Below, in pieces: positions 8,925 through 17,967 of a stretch of 64,000 nt of DNA. How positions within the stretch are numbered: position 1 is the first letter of the stretch; each line of letters starts with the position of its first letter. The notes under the pieces were generated by a model, which was not told the DNA's origin, did not search any database, and saw only the letters and a list, made by a program, of their open reading frames with translations. The position numbers and the translations under genes are program-made. Source of the stretch: a virus (taxonomy: Duplodnaviria; Heunggongvirae; Uroviricota; Caudoviricetes); IMG/VR virus record IMGVR_UViG_3300021400_000141, positions 321,354 through 385,353 of that record; one strand, written 5' to 3'.

Positions 8925-8954
8925 CTTGACAAGACGGATTTAATATGCTATATT
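8925..8954 (+). promoter_or_regulatory. sigma70-type promoter (TTGACA, 18 nt, TATATT)
   Basis: cTTGACAagacggatttaatatgcTATATTg upstream of queC. Confidence 0.5.
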
Positions 8955-8985
8955 GATGAAAAACAACATCAACAAAAGGTCTCAT

Positions 8986-9933
8986 ATGACAAAAGCAAAA
9001 AACACCAGAACTCTCAAAACGCTTAAACATATCGCTGACAACTTCGGGAAGGATAAGCGCAAGTCTGAAAAGAAGGAACATCTTCTTGACAAGATTATGG
9101 CCAAGAAGGAGGAAGAACTTGTGGATGTTTTGGACGAAGGCGAGTCTCCGATGGAAGACGTTATGCCCGAAAAGGAAGCTGAACCCGCACATGAAGTTGC
9201 CCCTAAGCCGCTTGACGTAAGGCCGATTACCAAGAAATTTGACGGGATTAAGCAGAATGTTGTTGTTTTCAGTGGTGGCTTTGACAGCACCTTGATTTTG
9301 GTTGACCTGCTTGAAAAGGGCATTAAACCCAGGTTGCTTACTTTCCAGTGCAGACAGTTTGGTGAAAACCGTCATTTCACTTCTGAAATTGCAGCCCAGG
9401 AAAAAATCCTCGAATATCTCGCCAAGAAGTACGACTACGAGCCGAACCGTGATTACATGAAGCTTGAAGGCGACATGATTGGTTGGACTGGTGCTGAACC
9501 GTCCCTGTTCCAGCAGCCATTTATGCTTTCGATGGTTTCTATGGGTGGCCGTAACAACGCTTGCTACCACTTCGGATATCATCGTGGCGACGATTTCTGG
9601 CACAGTTCTCACAATATACTTGCCGCACAGGAACACCTGCTTGCAGTGGCCGGCCAGAAGAACATCATGTTCAGCTTCCCCCTGCAGTTCTTGACCAAGG
9701 CTGACATTATCCGTAACCTGAACCATTACCACTTCCCGACCGAACTCTGCACTTTCTGCTATTCGCCGACCTACAAGGGACGTTGCGGACATTGCGTTGC
9801 TTGCCAGACGTACGAAAAGGCGATGTCCGAAATTGTGCATCTGTCTGGAACCTATGAAGGAATGTCCAACCAGTTGTACTATCCTGATGGGTTCATCGAA
9901 CAGACGAAGCACCGTTCAATGTGGGATGATTAA
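8986..9933 (+). CDS. queC: 7-cyano-7-deazaguanine synthase QueC-like (PP-loop ATPase) with a K/E-rich N-terminal extension
   Basis: PP-loop VVVFSGGFDSTLIL; C-terminal Zn site CGHCVACQ; start set at the ATG after aaaagg because the upstream TTG/ATG lies inside the promoter -10 region. Confidence 0.75.
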   Translation: MTKAKNTRTLKTLKHIADNFGKDKRKSEKKEHLLDKIMAKKEEELVDVLDEGESPMEDVMPEKEAEPAHEVAPKPLDVRPITKKFDGIKQNVVVFSGGFDSTLILVDLLEKGIKPRLLTFQCRQFGENRHFTSEIAAQEKILEYLAKKYDYEPNRDYMKLEGDMIGWTGAEPSLFQQPFMLSMVSMGGRNNACYHFGYHRGDDFWHSSHNILAAQEHLLAVAGQKNIMFSFPLQFLTKADIIRNLNHYHFPTELCTFCYSPTYKGRCGHCVACQTYEKAMSEIVHLSGTYEGMSNQLYYPDGFIEQTKHRSMWDD

Positions 9934-9951
9934 CAACAAAGAGAATTTGAA

Positions 9952-10914
9952 ATGGAAAAGAAACTAAATACATATACAAACGGAAACCACAAGGTGACCA
10001 TCTATTCCGATGGCACCAAAATCAAAGAAACAATCGACCCCAAGGCCGACCATTTCACTTATGATTTTCCAGAGAACTTCGACATTAAAATCACCGACCA
10101 GTGCGATGGCGGTTGCGTATATTGTCACGAAAACTCCACTGTGAATGGAAAGCATGGAGACCTTCGTGCTTTGGAACCGATGATTGCAACCCTGCATGCT
10201 GGTACGGAATGCGCTGTGGGCGGGGGCAACGCATTGGCTCACCCTGACCTCGTATGGTTCCTAGAACGCTTGAAGGAACAGGGTGTCATTGCGAACATCA
10301 CCATCAACCAGCGTCACCTGAGACCGTACAAGGACCTCATCTGCAAGATTGTAGGTGAAGGCCTTGTTCACGGAATTGGCATTTCGCTGACCGATGCAAG
10401 CAACAAGGACGACTTTGCGTTTATCGACACTCTCGGAAACAATGTTGTCATCCACACGATTGCGGGCATCCTTTCGGAAAACGATGTTGCCCCCCTGTTT
10501 GGCCGCAAGATTCTTATCCTTGGCTACAAGGACTTGCGTCGTGGTCACACTTTGCTCGAAAAGCAGTCCGAAGAAATCAAGGCGAACATCAAGTGGTTGC
10601 AGAGCCTGTTGGTACGGATTGGTTCAACCAATATCAATCCGTTCAAGGTAATCTCGTTTGACTGCCTCGGTATCGAACAGCTTAACCCGAAGGCGTTGCT
10701 CAACATTTCCGACGCCCGTTATGATACCCTGTTCCAGGGTTCTGACACGGATGTTATGGACGCTGACGGAAACATTGCCTGTGCGACAATGTACATCGAC
10801 GTTCCCAACATGCAGGTTGCCCGTATGAGCACAGCCGCTTTGGACAAGCGTTATCCGTTCACTGGAAAAGAAAACATTCACGACCTTCTTCAGATTACTA
10901 CACAAGGATGGTAA
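9952..10914 (+). CDS. radical SAM protein, QueE-like (7-carboxy-7-deazaguanine synthase family)
   Basis: CDGGCVYC (Cx3Cx2C) followed by a GGGNALAHP segment resembling QueE SGGNP; longer than typical QueE. Confidence 0.5.
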   Translation: MEKKLNTYTNGNHKVTIYSDGTKIKETIDPKADHFTYDFPENFDIKITDQCDGGCVYCHENSTVNGKHGDLRALEPMIATLHAGTECAVGGGNALAHPDLVWFLERLKEQGVIANITINQRHLRPYKDLICKIVGEGLVHGIGISLTDASNKDDFAFIDTLGNNVVIHTIAGILSENDVAPLFGRKILILGYKDLRRGHTLLEKQSEEIKANIKWLQSLLVRIGSTNINPFKVISFDCLGIEQLNPKALLNISDARYDTLFQGSDTDVMDADGNIACATMYIDVPNMQVARMSTAALDKRYPFTGKENIHDLLQITTQGW

Positions 10915-10916
10915 AA

Positions 10917-11360
10917 ATGAAAACGATAAGACAATCAGTCTTTGAAACCAACAGTTCTAGCTGTCATTCGTTCAGCATCACGAATGAACGCAAGTTTGAC
11001 CCGAAGCGTTATCCCCGCATCAGGGTAAGCGGTAGCGGTGAGTATGGTTGGGACGGCCCCGACGTGGAAACTCCCGACGACCACCTAGACTACGCTCTCG
11101 TGGCGGGCAAGTATATCTTCGGCGAAGGCCTCCGTGACAGGCTCCCTGCTATTCGGGAATACTTCGAGGAACATGGCGTTATCGTCGATTTCGACTTCAA
11201 GGATGAACCGTCTGGCTACATCGACCACCAGAGCGCACCTGCCGCAGACGAAGACAGCCGTCACATTGGCAACATGCTTGACGACCCAGAGGAGCTGTTC
11301 AATTTCGTGTTCAGTGCCTCTGTAATCAAGATTCTTAACGACAACGATTCAATTTGGTAA
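10917..11360 (+). CDS. paralog family protein with N-terminus MKTIRxxVFETNSSSxH (member 1)
   Basis: MKTIRQSVFETNSSSCHSF; RBS aagga; the upstream ATG at 10908 lies inside the previous gene. Confidence 0.6.
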   Translation: MKTIRQSVFETNSSSCHSFSITNERKFDPKRYPRIRVSGSGEYGWDGPDVETPDDHLDYALVAGKYIFGEGLRDRLPAIREYFEEHGVIVDFDFKDEPSGYIDHQSAPAADEDSRHIGNMLDDPEELFNFVFSASVIKILNDNDSIW

Positions 11361-11364
11361 TGCT

Positions 11365-12078
11365 ATGAGAACAATCAGAATGAACGTGTTCGAAACCAAC
11401 TCGTCGTCCGAGCATGCTTTCAGTTATCCTAAGGGAACGGAACCTGCCCTACGCGACAAGTCGGAGTTCCCGCTGCCTGACGAGAACGGATTGCTCGAAA
11501 TCGAGCTGGATACTTTCTGGCAGTCTGGCAACCCGAAGTGCTACACTCACAATGTCAAGCGGATTATCCAGTATCTTGCCGCACATTCTGTATATTCCGT
11601 TCTTACAGAATGGAGAATTGACGGAGACAAGGGCGTTGTCTACAAGGTGCGGAAGGATATCAGGGAAAAGAACCATAAGGATTTCCTTGACCTGCTCAAT
11701 GGAGTGTATCAGGAGTTCGGTCTTCCCGAGATAAAGGACTACCGTTGCTATGCATTGACAGTGGATGGCGACAAGGTTGTCATCGATGGGGATGAACCGC
11801 AGGATTACAGGAACTGCGAGTTCGACCCTGCCGACATGGACCGTGACGAATACGATGCCATGGTAGCTAGGTTCCATGAGGATAGCGACTATCCCGAGTG
11901 CCCTAAGCTGGCCCATTACATTGGCATCTCTGGTAATTGCCTTACGGGAGACTCTTTCGCTGATGCGATGTCGTACTTTGGTCCAGAGGATTGGAGGGAC
12001 GACCTTGCGGGCAAGAAATACGACATGCCTCGTGACCTTCTCAGGAAACAAATGTCATTAACTTTCTGGCATAGCTAA
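11365..12078 (+). CDS. paralog family protein with N-terminus MKTIRxxVFETNSSSxH (member 2)
   Basis: MRTIRMNVFETNSSSEHAF; C-terminal region unrelated to member 1. Confidence 0.6.
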   Translation: MRTIRMNVFETNSSSEHAFSYPKGTEPALRDKSEFPLPDENGLLEIELDTFWQSGNPKCYTHNVKRIIQYLAAHSVYSVLTEWRIDGDKGVVYKVRKDIREKNHKDFLDLLNGVYQEFGLPEIKDYRCYALTVDGDKVVIDGDEPQDYRNCEFDPADMDRDEYDAMVARFHEDSDYPECPKLAHYIGISGNCLTGDSFADAMSYFGPEDWRDDLAGKKYDMPRDLLRKQMSLTFWHS

Positions 12079-12089
12079 AAGAGGAGAAA

Positions 12090-12827
12090 ATGAAGAAAAT
12101 TCTATTCGTATTATTGTTCTTGTTCTCGATGGCATCCGCTATCGAGATACCGCCGACACCGAAAAACACATTTGTGTACGACGGTGCTGGCATCATGTCC
12201 GCAAACGAGGTGTACCAGTTCAATGCAATCGCCGCTGACCTTGCAAAGAACGCAAACTTCGGTCTTGCCTTGGCCACATTCAAGTCGATTGACGGTCAGG
12301 ACCCCGTTGAATTCAGTTTGAAGGTTGCCCAGAAGTGGGCGATTTGCAGCAAGGATTCCAACGAGGGTGTCCTAATCTATGTCGTAATGGAGCCGCACCT
12401 GAGAGGCGTGCAGGTTGGCTACGGTTCGGAAGGCTATCTTCCCGATGTCCTTGTGGAACACATGCAGGAAGTCTCTCTTATCCCCGCATTGCAACAGGGT
12501 AAGGGAGGTCAGGGTGCCATCAAGCTTGCCAGCATGATTGCACAGAAGGTGCAGGAAGAGAAGAAGATTGCTCTGTCTGCAACACTCGATACGGCACAGC
12601 TCGCTCCTGCCGAAGGAGACCATCTCAAAGGGTGGCAGAAGGGTCTGATTATCTTCATTATCATCGCAGTTTTCATCCTGTTGGGCATCATCGAGGCGGT
12701 CACCGACATTCCGTGTTTGAGTGGTTTGCTTCTCATTCTTTCCTGCCTTGGTAAAGGCGGTGGAGGTGGTGGCCGTGGTTTCGGTGGAGGCGGATTCGGC
12801 GGTGGCGGAAGTCACGGTGGCTGGTAG
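12090..12827 (+). CDS. TPM-domain (YgcG-like) membrane protein
   Basis: signal peptide, TPM-like domain, TM helix GLIIFIIIAVFILLGII, Gly-rich C-terminus GGGGGGRGFGGGGFGGGGSHGGW. Confidence 0.6.
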   Translation: MKKILFVLLFLFSMASAIEIPPTPKNTFVYDGAGIMSANEVYQFNAIAADLAKNANFGLALATFKSIDGQDPVEFSLKVAQKWAICSKDSNEGVLIYVVMEPHLRGVQVGYGSEGYLPDVLVEHMQEVSLIPALQQGKGGQGAIKLASMIAQKVQEEKKIALSATLDTAQLAPAEGDHLKGWQKGLIIFIIIAVFILLGIIEAVTDIPCLSGLLLILSCLGKGGGGGGRGFGGGGFGGGGSHGGW

Positions 12828-12829
12828 CC

Positions 12830-12858
12830 TTGACAAGAATTAAATTAAATACTATATT
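12830..12858 (+). promoter_or_regulatory. sigma70-type promoter (TTGACA, 17 nt, TATATT)
   Basis: cTTGACAagaattaaattaaatacTATATTtt upstream of lemA. Confidence 0.5.
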
Positions 12859-12893
12859 TTAACCAAAACATTAAAACAAAGAGGTAAATAACC

Positions 12894-13490
12894 ATGTCTA
12901 CGGGCAAAATCATCCTTATCGTTCTCGCTGTTCTCGCATTCATCGGCGGAGCAACGCTTATCGGACAGTTCAACGGCATCCGCACCCTTGAAAACGGTGT
13001 GCAGATGAGCTGGGCCAATGTCGAAAACCAGTATCAGCGTCGTTACGACCTTATCCCGAACATCGTCGAATCGGTGAAGGGTGAGGCAAACTTTGAAAAG
13101 AGCACGCTCACCGAAGTCATCGAAGCACGCAGCCGCATGGGTGGCGTGATGAAGATGGATGAAAGCATGCTTGGCGACGAACGTGCAATGAAGCGCTTCC
13201 AGGAAGCTCAGAACAGCCTCGGTGGTGCATTGCAGCGTCTCATGATGCTTACTGAAAACTATCCCAACTTGAAGGCTAATGCCGCTTTCCGAGACTTGCG
13301 TGTTGAACTTGAAGGATGCGAAAACCGTATCGCCGAAGCAAGGCGTCAGTTCAACAAGTCTGTCAACGACTTGAACAACAAGGTAAGAACTTTCCCTGGC
13401 GTTCTCGTTGCTGGTATCGCAGGCGTGACCCCGAAGGTTCCGTTCTCCGCAGTGACTGGTGCTGATGTAGCACCGACCGTGAAGTTCTAA
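12894..13490 (+). CDS. lemA: LemA family protein
   Basis: N-terminal TM helix, then QYQRRYDLIPNIVESVKG, LTEVIEARSRM and RQFNKSVNDLNNKVRTFPGVLVAGIAG, the typical LemA signature. Confidence 0.8.
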   Translation: MSTGKIILIVLAVLAFIGGATLIGQFNGIRTLENGVQMSWANVENQYQRRYDLIPNIVESVKGEANFEKSTLTEVIEARSRMGGVMKMDESMLGDERAMKRFQEAQNSLGGALQRLMMLTENYPNLKANAAFRDLRVELEGCENRIAEARRQFNKSVNDLNNKVRTFPGVLVAGIAGVTPKVPFSAVTGADVAPTVKF

Positions 13491-13509
13491 TTTATTTAGA
13501 CTTTATCAA

Positions 13510-13540
13510 AGCGGATGGTGTGAAACTATCCGCTTTTTAT
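13510..13540 (+). terminator. rho-independent terminator
   Basis: agcggat ... atccgct hairpin followed by TTTTT. Confidence 0.6.
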
Positions 13541-13553
13541 CTTAGAGGATATT

Positions 13554-14036
13554 ATGAAAACAATTAGATTAGGGGTATTTGAAACCAATTCTTCCTCGGC
13601 TCATGTGATGACTTATACCCAGAAGGACAAATGGGAAAGGTTCGTTGCAGGAGACCCTAACCTGATTTGGCTTCGTTACAACCCGATGGTTGATAATACT
13701 CCGTATGACAAGTGTGATAACATTGTCGAAGTCAAGGACTATGCAAAATACCTACGTGAGCATTATCCTGACGACTTTGGCGAGTTGTCGTTGGAGTTTA
13801 TCGAAACCTTTATACGGATTACCGTAAATCATAAAACCTCTGGTGGAAATCCAATCAGTGAGTTGCTCTATAAATTAGAGGACGACCACAAGGCAAGCAA
13901 CTATCAGGAACTGAAGGACCTCTCTGCCGACTTTACCGAAGTGGGTGACTCCGAATGGGACCGTTCCGAAGTCAAGGAAGTTGTCGAAGGTGACAAGACC
14001 TTCGTGAAAGCCCGTGCCGTATGGTTCGATGGTTAA
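13554..14036 (+). CDS. paralog family protein with N-terminus MKTIRxxVFETNSSSxH (member 3)
   Basis: MKTIRLGVFETNSSSAHVM; RBS agagga. Confidence 0.6.
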   Translation: MKTIRLGVFETNSSSAHVMTYTQKDKWERFVAGDPNLIWLRYNPMVDNTPYDKCDNIVEVKDYAKYLREHYPDDFGELSLEFIETFIRITVNHKTSGGNPISELLYKLEDDHKASNYQELKDLSADFTEVGDSEWDRSEVKEVVEGDKTFVKARAVWFDG

Positions 14037-14047
14037 TGGAGGTTTCT

Positions 14048-14593
14048 ATGAGTCTCATCGACAGATTGTGGGAAGGTGTATGTGAAGGTGGGCCGTCTAT
14101 CCTAGCTTGTCATGAACGGATAATCGGCGGAATGGTCTATGCCTTTAAGAAGGCGTCTGAAACTGAAATAACTTTGGACGTATATTACGGAAATGACCAC
14201 TACGATTTTGGTGTGGTGTTCAGGTCGGTTGTAAATGACAAGGAGCACTCCCCGTGTGTGACCATGAAGTACCCACCGAAGGAAAAATACGAGTTCATCC
14301 ATGTTCAGGATGCTGTTGGAATGATTGGAACATCATTGCTTGGTGACTACAAGGAATGGAGTGATGATTCCATTAAACAGTGGGTTGAAAGCATGATTGA
14401 TGAGTACGGGAAGCTTGCCTCTTGGAGAATATGGGTTTCCAAGAAGTTCAAGGAACTGGAATCATCCCTGCTTGAACCTGACTGGAATATCGTAGCGGCA
14501 ATCACTAAGGAGATAAAAGCTCATTCCGACCTGATATTCAAACATGGACATGTCACATGTGAGGAAAGTCCCGAAGACGAGAGAGAGGGATAA
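14048..14593 (+). CDS. hypothetical protein immediately upstream of cas3
   Basis: RBS ggaggt; its stop lies 4 nt before the cas3 ATG, so probably co-transcribed. Confidence 0.5.
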   Translation: MSLIDRLWEGVCEGGPSILACHERIIGGMVYAFKKASETEITLDVYYGNDHYDFGVVFRSVVNDKEHSPCVTMKYPPKEKYEFIHVQDAVGMIGTSLLGDYKEWSDDSIKQWVESMIDEYGKLASWRIWVSKKFKELESSLLEPDWNIVAAITKEIKAHSDLIFKHGHVTCEESPEDEREG

Positions 14594-14597
14594 AAGC

Positions 14598-16838
14598 ATG
14601 AACCCGAACGACTTATTGGCGAAAAGTGATGGCACTACATTGATAGCTCATTCCAGAGCAGTAGCTGACATGGCAAAGAGAATTGCTGAAACACTTGGCT
14701 TCGATAGTGTGTTAACCGCACTATGCTATGTGGCCGGGCTTTTGCATGATATCGGCAAAGCAATATCACCTTTTCAGGAAATACTGCGTGAAAATGAGCA
14801 TGGGCCTGGTAAATTGAGCGACGATTGCAATGCTCGTCACAGTGCAGTAAGCGGATGGTTTATGGCTAACCATGCAGCAACGTTCGATAAGATGGTTCCT
14901 GGTGTGAATGGCAGAGCTAGTGAAATCTTGTGCCGTGCCGTTACATGGCACCACAAGCCATATTTTCCTGTTGAGGAAAGTCGGTTTGCGTACGATGAAC
15001 AGTTCGATGCAGAAATCAAGTCGTTTGTTGATGCACTCGTTGATAACCTTGATTGGAGCATTAGTTCTGACGATGATTTTGATTTTTCTGGTGGAGATTT
15101 TTCCTATTTCTATACAAGAAATCTTTCTGGTAAAATCAATTCTCGAATTCATGCTGTGAGGTCGGTAGTCATTCGTGCTGACTATCTTGTAAGTGGAGGT
15201 GTTTCCGAATACTCGATAAGTAAACTTGCACCTATTGATATTGATTCTATCGCATGCCCGATTGATTTCAATGCAGAGCGATTTGTATTTCAGCGAAACG
15301 AAATTGCAAAGAAAGCAATGGAATCTGGCAAGAAAACTGTTGTGATAAATGCACCCGCAGGTTTTGGAAAAACTATTATTGGTCTGCTTGCAGGACTTCA
15401 TCGAGGTGAAAAGATTTACTGGGTTGTTCCAAGAAACGTTATTGCCGAAGAAGTGTATCGTTCTATTTCGGATTTGCTGTCGATGTTGAATGTATCGGAA
15501 ACATATTCGTTGAACATGATTTTTGGCGGCAAGGTTCAGCTTGGCCCAGAAAATGCCGACATTACAGTAACTAACATTGATGCTATCTTGCAGCCGATGG
15601 GTCAACATGGAAATATGGGTTTGCAGTGTGATATGCTGAGTGGAACAATGATATTTGACGAATATCATGAACTGGTAGGAAATAGCCCGATGTGGTCGGC
15701 ATTTCTTATCCTCATGGCTGCAAGAATGGAGGCGAACGGTAGAAATATCCTCGTTTCGGCAACACCGTTAGATATCATGTCGTGTTTGAAAGTGAACCCT
15801 GATGATGTTCTGTATCTTCCAGGTAAGAACATCCATTACCAAGCACAGCATTCAGTTCCATACCATATCGAAACTGCTGACAGCATGCCCTCCTTGGTTA
15901 GTGGAGATAGCTTCGCTATCAGCAACTGCATTTCACGTGTGCAGAAAGTACAGTGTGGAATTATGTTTCATAGCAAGTATACTGACGAAGACAAAAACGG
16001 CATCATATCCCAATTATTGAATTCGTTCGGAAAGGGAAAGACCAATGTAGTCGATGGGGTATCAGCAGGCCCGATTTTGAGCACTTCGCTTGACCTATCG
16101 TGTACACATTTGTATGAAAGTGTATGCAGTCCTATGGATTCCATGCAGCGAATTGGGCGGTGTAACCGCTTTGGAAACAAAAGTGGATGCTCGGTAACCT
16201 TCGTGACTGGAAGCGTTCCAGGTGAACGAGATTATGTGGATATGAAATTTACGACGGAGCTTCGTTCAGAATGGTGTGACACTATCCGTCGGGAATTCAA
16301 TAAAAAAGATATTACTCTTGATGAAATGTATCGTTGCTACGATAAGTTCATGGAAGAAAATGCTGCCCGCATTAAAAGGTGGATGGTTGGTCTGCAACAA
16401 GAGAGCATTAACTGCCTCGTTACAAGCTGTGCCCCATGTGTCTTTGAAGTTGCTTTGCCGAAAAAGAACAAAGGCAAAAGCGGTGGTACTATACGAAACC
16501 CAGAACCAAATATGTACTACATAGTCCCATCTGCCGATGAGAAGACCTACTATGGGCCTTTCAGTATCGACATTGCCACGGCAAACGGGCCGAAGTATGG
16601 TAGAATATTCAGACAGGTGAACAACTTAACGGAATACGAAAAGGCCAAGCAGGCATCTCCTGCTCTTGTGAACGGAACGACAGAATATCTCTCTGGCGGA
16701 ACCCGTAAGAAACGGTGGTATAAGGAGAATGCAGACAAGTTGGCTAGAAACTCGGAAAGCCCGTTTGTCGTATCTGCTAGGTACATGACATACGACTCGT
16801 TCAATGGAGTTGTATTCAACTCGAATATGGAAGACTAA
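14598..16838 (+). CDS. cas3: Cas3 HD-nuclease/helicase (no Cas2 fusion)
   Basis: N-terminal HD motifs (LIAHSRAV, LLHDIGKA); helicase Walker A INAPAGFGKT, DExH box MIFDEYHE, SAT-like LVSATPL, motif VI QRIGRCNRFG. Confidence 0.85.
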   Translation: MNPNDLLAKSDGTTLIAHSRAVADMAKRIAETLGFDSVLTALCYVAGLLHDIGKAISPFQEILRENEHGPGKLSDDCNARHSAVSGWFMANHAATFDKMVPGVNGRASEILCRAVTWHHKPYFPVEESRFAYDEQFDAEIKSFVDALVDNLDWSISSDDDFDFSGGDFSYFYTRNLSGKINSRIHAVRSVVIRADYLVSGGVSEYSISKLAPIDIDSIACPIDFNAERFVFQRNEIAKKAMESGKKTVVINAPAGFGKTIIGLLAGLHRGEKIYWVVPRNVIAEEVYRSISDLLSMLNVSETYSLNMIFGGKVQLGPENADITVTNIDAILQPMGQHGNMGLQCDMLSGTMIFDEYHELVGNSPMWSAFLILMAARMEANGRNILVSATPLDIMSCLKVNPDDVLYLPGKNIHYQAQHSVPYHIETADSMPSLVSGDSFAISNCISRVQKVQCGIMFHSKYTDEDKNGIISQLLNSFGKGKTNVVDGVSAGPILSTSLDLSCTHLYESVCSPMDSMQRIGRCNRFGNKSGCSVTFVTGSVPGERDYVDMKFTTELRSEWCDTIRREFNKKDITLDEMYRCYDKFMEENAARIKRWMVGLQQESINCLVTSCAPCVFEVALPKKNKGKSGGTIRNPEPNMYYIVPSADEKTYYGPFSIDIATANGPKYGRIFRQVNNLTEYEKAKQASPALVNGTTEYLSGGTRKKRWYKENADKLARNSESPFVVSARYMTYDSFNGVVFNSNMED

Positions 16839-16876
16839 ATAAAGTATTTTGTAAATATAATTTTACATAATACGAC

Positions 16877-16904
16877 TTACATTCATGATTGAATTAACTA
16901 TATT
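16877..16904 (+). promoter_or_regulatory. possible internal promoter (TTACAT, 16 nt, TATATT)
   Basis: cTTACATtcatgattgaattaacTATATTtaat in the 98-bp AT-rich gap between cas3 and the next gene. Confidence 0.3.
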
Positions 16905-16936
16905 TAATATCAAATCAAACACAAAAGGAAATAAAT

Positions 16937-17965
16937 ATGATTAAACAGATTCCAACAATCAAACTTCATGTCACGTTCAAGGGTCAGGGAATAGTCAACT
17001 ATGACGGCAAAGACCAGAAGCAGGTTATTTTGGACACCAAAGCAATTACACTTCCTCGTGATAATCAAGGGAAAGTTCGTGATAACCTTAAAATTGCCAA
17101 GGCCACGTATGCCATTGATGGTGATGGAAACGTAAAACGCTCTGTAAAGGTGTCTTCAGATTGTATTCGTCAGGCCATTTTCAGATTAAAACATAACCCG
17201 AACATTGTTTTTAGCCCAGTATTGTTTAACGACTGGATTTCATCAAAGACAGCGCTAGTGAGAGGATATTTTTTTCCAAAAGATGGGGGAAATGCGGCTA
17301 GCCGAAAGAGCCCTCTGACCGTGCTTGATGCACTAGAAGTAAGTGGGCAGATTTCCACGTTTAACGTTCATAGTAACAGCGGTGCTCGTACCGACAATAG
17401 TCTGTACTATGTGGAAGAGATTGGGGAAACCCGTTTCGAAAACGACATGTATATCGACCTTTCTGAACTTAAGCATATCGTGTTATCTGACACATACGGT
17501 AGAAACAGTGTGTTTTCTGACGGTGAAGAATCCCTTGTTGCAAAGCTCCGTGAAAAGTACGGTGTAGTCACAACAGGGTTTTTCCGCATGGATGGAGAAA
17601 CTGTGGAGGTTCCTGAATACGGGGCGGAAATCTCTGATGAAGCAGTTGTGTCTATTGTACGGGATTTGATTGACCATATAAAGCAGTTACATATCAACCG
17701 TTCTAACGCATACCTGGAATGTGATACCATTGAGGTGTTTGCATTCGAAAACGGTGCGTGGATTCCTATGGATGAAAAGAGCAACTTTACTGTCAAAAGT
17801 AGTTATGTTCTCATTGAAGACCAAGACGGTGCAAAAACGCTTCATGACGATGTATGTGACAAGGCAAATCAGGGACAGACTGCCCGCAAAGAAGCAAAGA
17901 AAGAAGAAGCCGCAAAGAAAGCTGCAAAGAAAGCTGCCAAAAAAGCAGCAAAGGACAATACATAG
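16937..17965 (+). CDS. putative Cascade subunit A (Cas5/Cas8-like or Cas7-like) with Lys/Ala-rich C-terminal tail
   Basis: position between cas3 and cas6; 342 aa; C-terminal AKKEEAAKKAAKKAAKKAAK; no confident motif match. Confidence 0.4.
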   Translation: MIKQIPTIKLHVTFKGQGIVNYDGKDQKQVILDTKAITLPRDNQGKVRDNLKIAKATYAIDGDGNVKRSVKVSSDCIRQAIFRLKHNPNIVFSPVLFNDWISSKTALVRGYFFPKDGGNAASRKSPLTVLDALEVSGQISTFNVHSNSGARTDNSLYYVEEIGETRFENDMYIDLSELKHIVLSDTYGRNSVFSDGEESLVAKLREKYGVVTTGFFRMDGETVEVPEYGAEISDEAVVSIVRDLIDHIKQLHINRSNAYLECDTIEVFAFENGAWIPMDEKSNFTVKSSYVLIEDQDGAKTLHDDVCDKANQGQTARKEAKKEEAAKKAAKKAAKKAAKDNT

Positions 17966-17967
17966 CC

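Noticed and set aside
8914-9912. 332-aa minus-strand ORF opposite queC
   Set aside because: The plus-strand frame has the PP-loop and Zn motif of QueC. The antisense frame is a shadow ORF.
9952-10914. Calling the radical SAM protein a definite QueE
   Set aside because: Only the Cx3Cx2C cluster and a GGGN segment match. The protein is longer than typical QueE. Kept as QueE-like only.
14766-15668. 300-aa minus-strand ORF inside cas3
   Set aside because: The Cas3 helicase motifs are in the plus frame. The antisense ORF is low-complexity.
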